DNA of 61,808 nucleotides, filler included. It is 4 parts of 4 records of this genome, joined end to end, with 100 filler letters (N's around TTAATTAATTAA, not from the genome) between each part and the next. Parts side by side here need not be neighbours in the genome. Positions count along the whole stretch, not along the records: positions 1 to 20,948 come from SRR31156797_727; 3 more parts are not named here. One strand, written 5' to 3'. Below, piece by piece: positions 10,671-21,048 of the stretch. Below the pieces are notes generated by a model that was not told the DNA's origin, did not search any database, and saw nothing but the letters and a program-made list of their open reading frames with translations. The position numbers and the translations under genes are program-made. The first letter of the stretch is position 1. Each line of letters begins with the position of its first letter.

Positions 10671-11915
10671 TTAATCGAAACGAATCGTTTTTGCAGGTTT
10701 AATTCTGGCTATAAAGAATCCCGGAATAATGAGCATTGCAATGTTTACCAGGAAAGCTCCTGCGTTCAATACTATAAATAATGTCCAGTCAAAATTAATC
10801 GGCACTTTCGATAGGTAATAACTGTCCGGATCAAGGGAAATAATGCCAAATTGATATTGAATTAAGCATAACACCAGACCGATAGCATTTCCAATGATCA
10901 TTCCTTTACCAACAACCCTTGCTGCGCTCAGTAAGAAAATACCATTAACTTGTTTGTTTGTGGCTCCCATGGCTTTAAAGAGACCTATCTGATTTGTTTT
11001 CTCTAAAATATTAATGAGTAAGCCGGTTATCATGTTGATACCTGCAACAAGTGTAATTAGTACTAAAATAACCCAGACATTCATATTTTGAAGTTGCAAC
11101 CAATCATATATTTGTGGAGCCATTTCTAATGTTGAAACAGTTCTTAATGATTCTTCTTTTTCGTTAAACTCTAGGGCTACCCGGTCACTTATTGTTACAG
11201 TTAGTTCCTCAATTTGATCGAAATCATCAATTGGTATTTCAAATCCCGAATATTGATTGTCTTCCCAACCATTTAATTTTTGCAAGTGACGTAAATCAAC
11301 AAGAGCGTAGAGTTCATCATAAGTCTTTAAATTGGTTTCATAAATGCCTTCAAGCGTAAACTTTCGTAATCGAATAGGTTTTTGCATAAAAAACATATTG
11401 ATTTTATCACCCACTTTTAATTTCAGACGATTAGCTACATATTTAGAAAGTACGATTCCGTTGTTTTTCTCATTTGAAAATAAATTCAAAGACTTACCTT
11501 CTATGATATAGCTTTTGAAAAATGACCAATCATAAGTGCTATCCACACCTTTTAAGATAATAGCCTCTATTTCATCTTCCTTTTTTATTACTCCTGGTTT
11601 TGTAATGAATGGGAATACATTTTTAACACCTTCGTATGATTTTATTTCATCAAAATATGGCCAGTTATTGTCCACAGGATTGAGTTCATATGATTTGTTT
11701 AAGTCCCGGTTTAATAACTGAATATGAGAGCTAAAACCAGTGACTTTTTCCCTAATTTGAATTTTAAAGCCAGTTACAATTGCAATAGCAACGATCATAA
11801 CAGCCATGCCAAGCACAATACCAATGGAGGCAATGCGCATCATTGGGCCTGAAATGAGTGATTCGTTTTTTTGTTTTTTGCTAAATCTGTTTGCTACGAA
11901 TTGTATAAATGACAT
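10671..11915 (-). CDS. LolC/LolE (FtsX-like) ABC transporter permease
   Basis: IAIVTGFK..IREKV, large periplasmic loop, ILEKTNQIGLFKAMGA, YYLSKVP, IKPAKTIRFD. Confidence 0.9.
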   Translation of the reverse strand: MSFIQFVANRFSKKQKNESLISGPMMRIASIGIVLGMAVMIVAIAIVTGFKIQIREKVTGFSSHIQLLNRDLNKSYELNPVDNNWPYFDEIKSYEGVKNVFPFITKPGVIKKEDEIEAIILKGVDSTYDWSFFKSYIIEGKSLNLFSNEKNNGIVLSKYVANRLKLKVGDKINMFFMQKPIRLRKFTLEGIYETNLKTYDELYALVDLRHLQKLNGWEDNQYSGFEIPIDDFDQIEELTVTISDRVALEFNEKEESLRTVSTLEMAPQIYDWLQLQNMNVWVILVLITLVAGINMITGLLINILEKTNQIGLFKAMGATNKQVNGIFLLSAARVVGKGMIIGNAIGLVLCLIQYQFGIISLDPDSYYLSKVPINFDWTLFIVLNAGAFLVNIAMLIIPGFFIARIKPAKTIRFD

Positions 11916-11975
11916 TATGTTATTTCTTGTTAATAAAAATCTAATTGTTGATGTTTGTTGTGAAACTAGATATTG

Positions 11976-11983
11976 TATCTTTG
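11976..11983 (+). promoter_or_regulatory. Bacteroidota -7 promoter element upstream of the namZ-like gene
   Basis: TATCTTTG 40 nt before ATG 12023. Confidence 0.6.
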
Positions 11984-12022
11984 AAAGTCATTTTTAAAAT
12001 TGTATTTAAATTCTCAATATCA

Positions 12023-13192
12023 ATGCACAAAAATAGTTTAATCATTTGTATCGTCTTTTTATTTTTTAATATTTTTAGTGCAAATGCTCAATTTGCTGTT
12101 CCGGGTGCCGAAAGAACTGAACTTTATTTTGAATTATTGCAAAATAAACGAATAGGAGTAGTTACCAATCATACTGGTTTAATTAAAGACACTCATTTGG
12201 TAGACTCCTTGATTGGAGCAGGGTTTCAGCTTTCTTTTATTTTTTCTCCTGAGCATGGATTTCGTGGTAACTCAGATGCAGGTCGTTTAATTGATAATAG
12301 TATAGATCAAAAAACAGGCCTTGAGATTGTTTCTCTATATGGGAAAAATAAAAAGCCTGATGCAAAGTATTTAAGTGAGTTGGACATAATGATTTTTGAT
12401 ATTCAGGATGTTGGTGTTAGATTCTATACCTATATCTCGACACTTCATTATGTGATGGAAGCATGCGCGGAAAATAATCTTCCGCTAATTATACTTGACA
12501 GGCCAAATCCTAATGGCCATTATGTTGATGGCCCGGTTTTGAAGCAGGACTTCAAGTCTTTTGTAGGGTTACATCCTATTCCATTAGTGCATGGATTGAC
12601 TATTGCTGAGTTAGCTAAAATGATAAACGGTGAAGGATGGATAAGTCCAGCATGTGATCTTTTTATTGTTGAATGCGATAAGTATAATCATAATATACTA
12701 TATGATCTTCCGGTCCCGCCGTCTCCAAATTTGCCCAATATGCAATCCGTGTATTTGTATCCTTCCTTAGGCTTATTTGAGGGTACTGTGATGAGTGTTG
12801 GAAGAGGTACGAATTTGCCATTTCAGGTGTATGGCCATCCGGAGTATAATGACAAAGATTTCTCTTTTCTGCCATTACCTACTTATGGCGCAACGAATCC
12901 AAAATTGAAAGGTGAAAAATGCTATGGGCCAAGACCTGAAGAAATTCTTGAGCAGCATGCTTTATTCCCAGGCATAAATATAGGTTTTCTGAAAGATGCA
13001 TACTTGAAAACCAACACCGATGAGTTTTTCAACAACTTTTTTAATTTATTGGCGGGGAATGCCCAACTAAAAGAGCAAATACGGAAAGGAACTGATTTGA
13101 AAAGTATTAGGCAGAGTTGGCAAGCGGATATTGAAAAGTATAAAAAGATGCGAAAGAAATATTTGCTGTATGAAGATTTTACAACCGAATAA
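12023..13192 (+). CDS. Exo-beta-N-acetylmuramidase NamZ family (DUF1343); start revised to MHKNSL
   Basis: FSPEHGFRG, SLYG, FDIQDVGVRFYTY, LDRPNP, PSPNLP, SVGRGT; signal peptide after the revised start. Confidence 0.9.
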   Translation: MHKNSLIICIVFLFFNIFSANAQFAVPGAERTELYFELLQNKRIGVVTNHTGLIKDTHLVDSLIGAGFQLSFIFSPEHGFRGNSDAGRLIDNSIDQKTGLEIVSLYGKNKKPDAKYLSELDIMIFDIQDVGVRFYTYISTLHYVMEACAENNLPLIILDRPNPNGHYVDGPVLKQDFKSFVGLHPIPLVHGLTIAELAKMINGEGWISPACDLFIVECDKYNHNILYDLPVPPSPNLPNMQSVYLYPSLGLFEGTVMSVGRGTNLPFQVYGHPEYNDKDFSFLPLPTYGATNPKLKGEKCYGPRPEEILEQHALFPGINIGFLKDAYLKTNTDEFFNNFFNLLAGNAQLKEQIRKGTDLKSIRQSWQADIEKYKKMRKKYLLYEDFTTE

Positions 13193-13194
13193 AA

Positions 13195-13222
13195 AAAAGC
13201 TCCACCGATTGGCAGAGCTTTT
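13195..13222. terminator. Intrinsic terminator, copy 1 of a duplicated element
   Basis: AAAAGCTC-CACCGATTGGCA-GAGCTTTT hairpin with A/T tails between convergent genes. Confidence 0.75.
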
Positions 13223-13242
13223 GATATTTGGTCTTAATTCAA

Positions 13243-13836
13243 TTATTTTTTAACGAAGTTATTTTTCTTTTCAGTTGTCGCATTTTTATATGCTGAAAGA
13301 GGGCCAGAATAAGATCCGGTAATTGAAGTTGGGTCACCAATAGCGGTATAATCTGCGTCATATTCTTGCGCTGTCAAACTATAGCTTATTTGGTAGTTGT
13401 TTCCATTAACAGTAACTGTAACTGTACCACCAGTTACTTCGTAATAATGCTGAAATTGATCTGTTGCATAATTACCACCTACAACTAATTCTGCATAATC
13501 AAATGTACCTGCAGTTTCATTTTCATTATAGGTAAAAGTACCACCCTGGAAATTTTCGGTTCCAGTAAATAGTTCAAAATATAGGATGTTTCCTGTACCG
13601 GTTTCATTCCACCAATCTATACCATCAGAAGTAAGTGTGATATCAAAATTATAAACTCCATCTCCCCAAGATCCATAATCTATAAGATAACCTTGAGTAA
13701 ACTCGACAGTATTGCCATCAACAACTGCAGTGCCATTGTTGCTTTCTTTGTCATCATCATCGTCTTTTTTACAAGAGGTAAAAGTTACTGCCATTCCTAA
13801 CATGGCAAGCATTAAAATTGCAAATAAATTTTTCAT
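13243..13836 (-). CDS. Surface lipoprotein, hypothetical
   Basis: Lipobox FTSC followed by KKDDDDD, resembling the Bacteroidota lipoprotein surface-export signal; beta-rich Thr/Gly/Tyr sequence. Confidence 0.85.
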   Translation of the reverse strand: MKNLFAILMLAMLGMAVTFTSCKKDDDDDKESNNGTAVVDGNTVEFTQGYLIDYGSWGDGVYNFDITLTSDGIDWWNETGTGNILYFELFTGTENFQGGTFTYNENETAGTFDYAELVVGGNYATDQFQHYYEVTGGTVTVTVNGNNYQISYSLTAQEYDADYTAIGDPTSITGSYSGPLSAYKNATTEKKNNFVKK

Positions 13837-13935
13837 ATTGTTTTAATTTTTAGTGAGCGTCAAAAATCCGATAAAAATTATTATTATGCAAGAGCAATTT
13901 GCTTAATGATTAGTTAAAAAAGTTGCTATATAACA

Positions 13936-13963
13936 AAAAGCTCCACCTATTGGTAGAGCTTTT
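13936..13963 (-). terminator. Intrinsic terminator, copy 2 of a duplicated element
   Basis: AAAAGCTC-CACCTATTGGTA-GAGCTTTT just downstream of the aminotransferase stop. Confidence 0.75.
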
Positions 13964-13982
13964 GACTGTATTTGAATTCAAT

Positions 13983-15182
13983 TTATAAAGTTCTTCCCGG
14001 ATATTGCTTTAATCCTTCTTCAAGCGCTTCCATGGCTTGTTTGAGGTCTTCTTTGTTTAATACATATGCAATACGCACGTGCTGTCTTCCTAACTCAGGA
14101 TCGGCATAAAAACCTGAACCCGGAGCCATCATTACAGTGTTGTTGTTGTGAGAAAATTCAGCCAACATCCACTGGCAGAATTTATCTGTATCATCTACAG
14201 GTAATTTGGTGATGGTGTAAAATGCTCCTTTTGGCATAGGGCAAACCACACCTTCCATTTTATTTAGTGCACCTACCATAAAATCACGTCTCTCAATGTA
14301 CTCATTGTATACTTCTTTGAAATATGAGTCAGGAGTATCAATTGACGCTTCACCAAGTACTTGTCCCAATGATGGAGGACTTAATCGTGCTTGAGCAAAT
14401 TTTAATGCAGTTGCTAAAACTTCTTTATTTCTGGTTACAAATGCTCCAATACGCACGCCGCAAGCAGAGTATCTTTTTGATACTGAGTCAATAAGTATTA
14501 CATTTTGCTCTAGTCCTTCAAGGTTCATTACTGAAAAATGCTCGTGACCATCATAGCAAAATTCACGATATACTTCATCGCTGAATATATATAGATCGTG
14601 TTTTTTAGCAATCTCACCTAACTTTCTGATTTCTTCCTCTGAGTAAAGATAGCCAGTTGGGTTGTTAGGGTTGCAAATTAGAATTGCTTTGGTTTTATCT
14701 GTAATATTCTTTTCAAATTCTTCAATTGGAGGTAAAGCAAATCCATCTTCAATAGAAGCGTTGATAGGCTTAATTGTTACGCCACCAATATTAGCAAATG
14801 CATTGTAGTTAGCATAAAATGGTTGAGGCATAATTAACTCATCACCAGGATTCATAACTGAGTTGAATGCAAAAGTTAATGCTTCAGAACCACCTGTAGT
14901 AATTAACAGGTCAGTATATTCAATGTCGATACCAACACTTTTATAGTATCCAGCTAGTTTTCTTCTGTAACTTTCGTTTCCAGCAGAATGGCTGTATTCA
15001 ATAACTTTATCATTGAAATTATGAATTGCATCCAGTGCTACATCCGGAGTTGGAATGTCAGGCTGACCAATATTCAAATGAAATACTTTTTTTCCTTCTT
15101 TTTTGGCTTGTTCTGCAAAAGGAACAAGTTTGCGAATGGGTGAGGCTGGCATTGACTTACCTCTATCTGATATTTGTGGCAT
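13983..15182 (-). CDS. Class I/II PLP-dependent aminotransferase (aspartate aminotransferase-like)
   Basis: HLNIGQPD, ITTGGSEA, CNPNNPTG, SDEVY, DSVSKRYSACGVRIG (PLP lysine). Confidence 0.93.
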   Translation of the reverse strand: MPQISDRGKSMPASPIRKLVPFAEQAKKEGKKVFHLNIGQPDIPTPDVALDAIHNFNDKVIEYSHSAGNESYRRKLAGYYKSVGIDIEYTDLLITTGGSEALTFAFNSVMNPGDELIMPQPFYANYNAFANIGGVTIKPINASIEDGFALPPIEEFEKNITDKTKAILICNPNNPTGYLYSEEEIRKLGEIAKKHDLYIFSDEVYREFCYDGHEHFSVMNLEGLEQNVILIDSVSKRYSACGVRIGAFVTRNKEVLATALKFAQARLSPPSLGQVLGEASIDTPDSYFKEVYNEYIERRDFMVGALNKMEGVVCPMPKGAFYTITKLPVDDTDKFCQWMLAEFSHNNNTVMMAPGSGFYADPELGRQHVRIAYVLNKEDLKQAMEALEEGLKQYPGRTL

Positions 15183-15232
15183 AATTGAAAATTTAGGTTT
15201 TACTTTTTATATGCTTTCCGCGTTGGAAACTA

Positions 15233-15240
15233 CAAATTTA
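15233..15240 (-). promoter_or_regulatory. Bacteroidota -7 promoter element for the aminotransferase
   Basis: TAAATTTG on the minus strand about 50 nt upstream of the ATG. Confidence 0.55.
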
Positions 15241-15334
15241 GCAATTGTTTAACATTCTAATTAATTAGTTTGCTATTTATATAGAATTTAAATAAACCAT
15301 GTGTTTTTTATGCGACAAATTGCAATAAGATTAC

Positions 15335-15342
15335 TATTTTTG
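15335..15342 (+). promoter_or_regulatory. Bacteroidota -7 promoter element for valS
   Basis: TATTTTTG 35 nt upstream of the valS ATG. Confidence 0.55.
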
Positions 15343-15377
15343 TATCCTTTGAAAAATTTTGAAATAATTATATCAAT

Positions 15378-18014
15378 ATGAAGGAGATACCCACTAAGTA
15401 CGACCCTGCGCTGACAGAAGATAAATGGTATAAATACTGGATGGATAAAGGTTTTTTTCATTCAGAACCTGATGAGAGAGATCCTTTTACAGTGGTAATA
15501 CCGCCTCCTAACGTAACCGGTGTGTTACACATGGGGCATATGCTGAATAATACCATTCAGGATGTTTTGGTCAGAAGAGCACGTATGCAGGGTAAAAATG
15601 TATGCTGGGTACCTGGAACTGATCACGCTTCTATTGCGACTGAGGCAAAAGTGGTAAATAAACTTCGTGAGGAGGGTATAGATAAAAATAGTTTGTCAAG
15701 AGATGAGTTTTTGGAGCATGCCTGGGAGTGGAAAGAAAAACATGGTGGAATTATTCTGGAGCAATTAAAGAAATTAGGTGCTTCATGTGATTGGAATCGC
15801 ACCGCTTTTACAATGGATGAGGAATACTCTAAAAGTGTACTTCAGGTTTTTGTTGATTTGTATAAAAAAGGAAAAATTTACCGTGGTGTACGAATGGTAA
15901 ACTGGGATCCTCAGGCAAAAACAGCAGTAAGTGATGAGGAGGTTATCTATAAAGAAGAGCAATCGAAACTTTACTACCTAAAGTATTTTGTAGAAGGAGA
16001 AAAAAATAAGTTTCTAACTATAGCTACCACAAGACCTGAAACCATTTTGGGTGATACAGCGGTTTGTGTGAATCCTAATGACGATCGTTTCAAAGATTTT
16101 GTAGGTAAAAAGGTAATTGTACCAATTGTAAACCGTCCTGTTGGTGTAATTGAAGATGAGTATGTGGATATGGAGTTTGGTACAGGTGCTTTAAAAATTA
16201 CACCTGCCCACGATTTGAATGACTATGAAATTGGACAAAAACATAATTTGGAATCTATCGATATTTTCAATGATGATGGTACGTTGAATGAAGCAGCCCA
16301 GGTTTTAGTGGGAGTTGATCGTTTTGAAGCACGTAAACAAATTATTCCATTACTTCAGGATGCTGGAAATGTAGAAAAGATAGAAGATTATACCAATAAA
16401 GTTGGCTATTCTGAACGTACCGATGCGGTTATTGAACCACGTTTATCAATGCAGTGGTTTATGAAAATGGAAGAGATTTCAAAACCTGCATTAGATGCAG
16501 TTATGAATGATGAAGTTCAATTTCATCCCGCTAAATTTAAAAATACATATCGCCACTGGATGGAAAATATTCAGGACTGGTGTATCTCGCGTCAGTTGTG
16601 GTGGGGACATCGCATTCCTGCCTGGTATTTGCCAAACAGTAACGAGTTTGTTGTGGCACAAGATGAAGCTGAAGCACTACAAATGGCAAAAGAGAAAACC
16701 GGAAATGATGCTTTAAAAATTGAAGATTTACGTCAGGATGAGGATGTGTTGGACACATGGTTCTCATCATGGTTATGGCCAATTTCAGTATTTAACGGGT
16801 TAACTGATCCCGGAAATAAGGACATTAAATATTATTATCCAACCAACGATTTGGTAACGGCTCCTGAAATTATGTTTTTCTGGGTGGCACGTATGATTAT
16901 TGCCGGGTATGAATATTTAGGAGAGAAACCATTCAAAAATGTATATTTCACAGGTATAGTGCGTGATCAGAAACGTCGCAAAATGAGTAAATCTTTAGGT
17001 AACTCGCCTGACCCAATTGAGCTGATGAAGAAGTATAGTGCTGATGGGGTAAGAGTTGGTATGTTACTTTGTTCACCTGCCGGTGGTGATTTACTTTTCG
17101 ACGAGTCATTACCTGAGCAAGGGCGTAATTTTACCAGTAAAATTTGGAATGCTTTCCGTCTAGTAAAAAGTTGGGAAGTAGACAGCACGATTGAACAACC
17201 TGAATCTGCAAAAGCTGCAGTGAAATGGTTTAACGATAAATTAAATCAAGTATCAGAAAAGCTGGATGAGCAATATGAGCAGTTCAGATTGAGTGAAGCA
17301 CTTATGACTGTTTATAAGTTGTTCTACGATGAGTTCTCATCATGGTATCTTGAAGCAATAAAGCCAGCATACCAGCAACCTATTGACAAGCAAACAATGG
17401 ATGATACTGTTCGGATATTTGACCGTGTATTGCATATTCTACATCCTTTCTTGCCATTTATTACTGAAGAGATTTGGCAATACCTTGAAGAACGCAAAGA
17501 TGGTGATTCATTGATGGTTAGTCCGGCCAAACCAACACAAGCTTATGATGCAGAAATGGTTAGTTTGTTTGAGCAAGCTAAAGAGGTTATAACAGGAGTA
17601 CGCTCAGTGCGCAAAGATAAGAACTTACCAATGAAAGATGCATTAGAGCTATTTGTGAATACCGGAGATGATGCATGGCCATCGCAATTCGAAAGTGTGA
17701 TTTGCAAATTGGGTAATGTTGAGAAGCTTGAGCACACCAATGAAAAAGTGGCTGATGCAACCTCATTCCTGGTGCGCACACATGAATTATTTGTGCCTGT
17801 GGGAGACTTAATTGACAAAGATGCTGAGATTGAAAAACTGACGACTGAATTAGATTACACAAAAGGTTTTCTTAACTCAGTAATGAAGAAGTTGGGTAAT
17901 GAGCGTTTCGTCAATAATGCTCCAGAAGCGGTAGTAGCTGCTGAAAATAAGAAAAAAGCAGATGCAGAATTGAAGATTAAAACTTTGCAGGAGCAAATTG
18001 AAAATTTGAAATAG
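15378..18014 (+). CDS. valS: Valine--tRNA ligase
   Basis: [13 protein letters not shown] (HIGH), [21 protein letters not shown]-terminal coiled coil. Confidence 0.98.
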   Translation: MKEIPTKYDPALTEDKWYKYWMDKGFFHSEPDERDPFTVVIPPPNVTGVLHMGHMLNNTIQDVLVRRARMQGKNVCWVPGTDHASIATEAKVVNKLREEGIDKNSLSRDEFLEHAWEWKEKHGGIILEQLKKLGASCDWNRTAFTMDEEYSKSVLQVFVDLYKKGKIYRGVRMVNWDPQAKTAVSDEEVIYKEEQSKLYYLKYFVEGEKNKFLTIATTRPETILGDTAVCVNPNDDRFKDFVGKKVIVPIVNRPVGVIEDEYVDMEFGTGALKITPAHDLNDYEIGQKHNLESIDIFNDDGTLNEAAQVLVGVDRFEARKQIIPLLQDAGNVEKIEDYTNKVGYSERTDAVIEPRLSMQWFMKMEEISKPALDAVMNDEVQFHPAKFKNTYRHWMENIQDWCISRQLWWGHRIPAWYLPNSNEFVVAQDEAEALQMAKEKTGNDALKIEDLRQDEDVLDTWFSSWLWPISVFNGLTDPGNKDIKYYYPTNDLVTAPEIMFFWVARMIIAGYEYLGEKPFKNVYFTGIVRDQKRRKMSKSLGNSPDPIELMKKYSADGVRVGMLLCSPAGGDLLFDESLPEQGRNFTSKIWNAFRLVKSWEVDSTIEQPESAKAAVKWFNDKLNQVSEKLDEQYEQFRLSEALMTVYKLFYDEFSSWYLEAIKPAYQQPIDKQTMDDTVRIFDRVLHILHPFLPFITEEIWQYLEERKDGDSLMVSPAKPTQAYDAEMVSLFEQAKEVITGVRSVRKDKNLPMKDALELFVNTGDDAWPSQFESVICKLGNVEKLEHTNEKVADATSFLVRTHELFVPVGDLIDKDAEIEKLTTELDYTKGFLNSVMKKLGNERFVNNAPEAVVAAENKKKADAELKIKTLQEQIENLK

Positions 18015-18032
18015 ATTTTTATATATAAATTG

Positions 18033-18063
18033 AAAAGGGACTGATTATTAAGTCCCTTTTTTT
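18033..18063 (+). terminator. Rho-independent terminator after valS
   Basis: AAAAGGGACT-GATTATTA-AGTCCCTTTT followed by a T run. Confidence 0.85.
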
Positions 18064-18208
18064 ATTTGTTGTTTTTTTAGCTATTTACATATTTGCATGA
18101 ATGTTTATTTGTTCGTTAACAAATAATTATGATTTCATTTCGGCTTGTTTTCGGAACAAAACATTAAACTGGATTGTTTCCTGCTTAAACCCAGTAAATA
18201 CCTTGCAG

Positions 18209-18673
18209 ATGAAGCGATTAAATTTGAGTACAGAAGAAAAGAAAGTGCTAAGTAGAGAGGAGATTAAAAGGGTTGCTGCAAAGCTAGGCAAACCGCCAAC
18301 AAAGATTGAATATAAAAGCCAACAGGATGTGAAAATATCCTATGGGCAAATTGTCTACCTTTATGGAACCTGGAATGCTGCTGTTCACGATGCAGGATTG
18401 CCTATTAATCTTTATAGATTACCTCCAAGTAACGAAATATCAAAGGATGAGCTGATCAAAGAGTTTATCAAAGCGGCAAATCTTGAAGGAAAAATGCCTT
18501 CATTTAGATTATTCCGTAAACATAGCGAATTGTCACTGACTCCTTTTATCAGGCACTTTAAATCCTGGAATAGTGTGAAGCAATATGTGTATGATAATTA
18601 CAGAGAAGAGCTTCGCTTTGCACCACCTAAGATTTTACCTAAGCGAAAAAGAAGGAAAAAAACAGAATCCTAA
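18209..18673 (+). CDS. Homing-endonuclease-associated repeat protein, two repeats, no nuclease domain (start revised to MKRLNL)
   Basis: Two ~60-aa units: EEIKRVAAKLGKPPT..EY...YGTWNAAVHDAGL and DELIKEFIKAANLEGKMPS...F...FKSWNSV; basic C-terminal tail. Confidence 0.7.
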   Translation: MKRLNLSTEEKKVLSREEIKRVAAKLGKPPTKIEYKSQQDVKISYGQIVYLYGTWNAAVHDAGLPINLYRLPPSNEISKDELIKEFIKAANLEGKMPSFRLFRKHSELSLTPFIRHFKSWNSVKQYVYDNYREELRFAPPKILPKRKRRKKTES

Positions 18674-18702
18674 TTTATTCCAATACGATATCTGCGGGAA
18701 GC

Positions 18703-20664
18703 CTAAATGGTTTCCCTTTTTTCTTCCAATTTGTGTAGTTCTTCAAGTAAACTTTCCCATTTCTCCATGGCCTCTTCCATTCTCTTTTCTTCTTCCTTAA
18801 TTTTGGAAGTATCTTTTTCATAATCAGCAGTTGCCGGATTAGCCAATTTTTGATTCAGAAAACTTATTTTTTCTTCGCACTCAGCAATTATTTCTTCCTG
18901 AGCTTTTGCTTCTTTATCTATTTTTCGAATGTCTTTATCTAAAGCTTTGCGTGCTTCATAGCGTTGCTTGTTGTCAACAGTTGCATTTTCATTAGCATTA
19001 TCAGATGCAGGTTTCTTTTGCTGTTTAGGAGCACTTGTATTAAGTTCATTTAGTCTTTCCAGCTTTCTTTTTCTGATAAATTCATCAATGCCACCTAAGT
19101 GCTCAATTACTTTTTTATTTCTGAATTCATAGGTTTTATCTGATAATCCCTCAAGAAAATAACGGTCGTGGGAAATAATAATCAGCGTGCCATCAAATTT
19201 TTGTAGTGCACTTTTTAGTACATCCTTCGAAATCATATCTAAATGGTGAGTAGGCTCATCCATTACCAACAGGTTCACTGGTTCTAAAAGCATGCAAGCC
19301 AATGATAGCCTGGCTTTTTCACCACCACTAAGTACACTTACCTTTTTATCAATATCTTCTCCACCAAATAAAAAAGCCCCTAGAATATCTCTCGTTTTTG
19401 TGCGCATGTCCCCAGTGGCGATATCGTCTATGGTTTCAAAAACAGTTTTATTTGGATTTAATTGTTCAGGTTGGTTCTGTGCGTAATACCCAATTTTTAC
19501 ATTGTGTCCTATTTTCAAATGACCATCATATGGAATTTCATCCATGATAATACGAACCAATGTTGTTTTTCCTTCTCCATTTTTTCCAACAAAACTTATT
19601 TTATCACCTCTTTCAATGGTGAAGTTGGCATTTTTAAAAACCAGTAGGTCTCCAAAACTTTTTGCAACATCATTCACGTCAACTACCACATCTCCGGAAC
19701 GAGGAGCTGGAGGAAATTTTAGATTCATTGAAGAGTTGTCTGTTTCATCAATCTCAATACGATCCATTTTCTCAAGCATTTTGATACGGCTTTGTACTTG
19801 AACAGCTTTGGTTGCTTTGTATCTGAATCGTTCTATAAAATCTTCGGTTTCTTTAATTTTTTTCTGTTGATTTTCAAATGTAGCTTTTTGTTGTTCTCTG
19901 TGCTCTCTAATTATCTCAGTGTATTTGGTGTAAGTTACCGGATAATCATATATTCTACCTAATGATATTTCAATGGTTCTGTTGGTAATAGCATCGAGGA
20001 AAAAGCGGTCGTGAGATACCATGATTACCGAACCATGGTATGTTTTTAAAACATCTTCAAGCCAGGCAATACTTTCAATATCGAGGTGGTTGGTTGGCTC
20101 ATCCAGTAGGAGTATGTCTGGTTTTTTTAAAAGGATTTTTGCCAACTCAATTCGCATGCGCCATCCTCCGCTAAATTCAGATGTGTGACGTGTGAAATCT
20201 TTCATTTGAAAGCCAAGTCCGCGCAGCGTTTGCTCAGCCAAACCTTCTCTTTTATCTCCTCCCAGTAATTGATATCTCTCAGTTTTTTCTGTAACCTGGT
20301 TTATGAGTTCTAGATATGCTTCTGACTCATAGTCAGTTCTTTGGGCAATCTCTTCGTTGAGTTTTGAGATCTCAGTTTCTAAATGATTGATATGTTCAAA
20401 CGCTGATAAGGTTTCTTCCAAAACATTACGACTATCTGAAATTCGCATGTGCTGTGGCAAGTAGCCTATCGTGGTGTCTTTCGCTATTGAAACAGTTCCT
20501 TCATCATAATTTTGGATACCAGCAATAATTTTAAGAAGTGTTGTTTTTCCTGCGCCATTTCTACCGGCCAGACCAATCCTGTTCTTAGGATTTACTTTGA
20601 ATGTAATGTTCTCAAAAAGCGCAATCCCATCAAATCTTACAGTTATATTATTCAGCGAAATCAT
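18703..20664 (-). CDS. ABC-F family ATP-binding protein
   Basis: Two ABC domains (GRNGAGKTT/FSGGWRMR/LDEPTNHLD and GKNGEGKTT/LSGGEKAR), no TM segments, C-terminal coiled coil. Confidence 0.95.
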   Translation of the reverse strand: MISLNNITVRFDGIALFENITFKVNPKNRIGLAGRNGAGKTTLLKIIAGIQNYDEGTVSIAKDTTIGYLPQHMRISDSRNVLEETLSAFEHINHLETEISKLNEEIAQRTDYESEAYLELINQVTEKTERYQLLGGDKREGLAEQTLRGLGFQMKDFTRHTSEFSGGWRMRIELAKILLKKPDILLLDEPTNHLDIESIAWLEDVLKTYHGSVIMVSHDRFFLDAITNRTIEISLGRIYDYPVTYTKYTEIIREHREQQKATFENQQKKIKETEDFIERFRYKATKAVQVQSRIKMLEKMDRIEIDETDNSSMNLKFPPAPRSGDVVVDVNDVAKSFGDLLVFKNANFTIERGDKISFVGKNGEGKTTLVRIIMDEIPYDGHLKIGHNVKIGYYAQNQPEQLNPNKTVFETIDDIATGDMRTKTRDILGAFLFGGEDIDKKVSVLSGGEKARLSLACMLLEPVNLLVMDEPTHHLDMISKDVLKSALQKFDGTLIIISHDRYFLEGLSDKTYEFRNKKVIEHLGGIDEFIRKRKLERLNELNTSAPKQQKKPASDNANENATVDNKQRYEARKALDKDIRKIDKEAKAQEEIIAECEEKISFLNQKLANPATADYEKDTSKIKEEEKRMEEAMEKWESLLEELHKLEEKRETI

Positions 20665-20920
20665 ATAATCAATTTTGAATCAGCGAAGGTATAAAAAATA
20701 TCAAATTTCAAATACCAATAATCAAATTCCAAAAAACAAATGAATTAGTTTATAACTGTAACTTTTATTGGAATAGGGATTTGGATTTTAATGGATTGAA
20801 ATTTGGGTTTTGGTTAATTGGAAATATGGAATTTGCAAAATTGGATATTGTTACGTTTTCTTAATCTTTCTTATTCCTTTTAGCCTTTTACCATTAATCA
20901 TAACTTTTCTTAGTATTAAC

Positions 20921-20948
20921 CAATCACTAATCACCAATCACCAATCAC
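20921..20948 (+). repeat. Tandem heptamer (C/T)AATCAC x4 running into the contig end
   Basis: caatcac taatcac caatcac caatcac read directly. Confidence 0.85.
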
Positions 20949-21048
20949 NNNNNNNNNNNNNNNNNNNNNNNNNNNNNNNNNNNNNNNNNNNNTTAATTAA
21001 TTAANNNNNNNNNNNNNNNNNNNNNNNNNNNNNNNNNNNNNNNNNNNN
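20949..21048. other. Artificial contig linker N44-TTAATTAATTAA-N44
   Basis: Identical 100-nt linker three times in the window; stops in all six frames; composition changes across it. Confidence 0.98.

Noticed and set aside
20993-21004. TTAATTAATTAA palindrome repeated three times, as a biological repeat or recombination site
   Set aside because: It is always centred in exactly 44+44 Ns, so it is an artificial six-frame-stop linker. ORFs running into it (20810, 20993, 33681, 36782, 48662, 48954) have artefactual ends.
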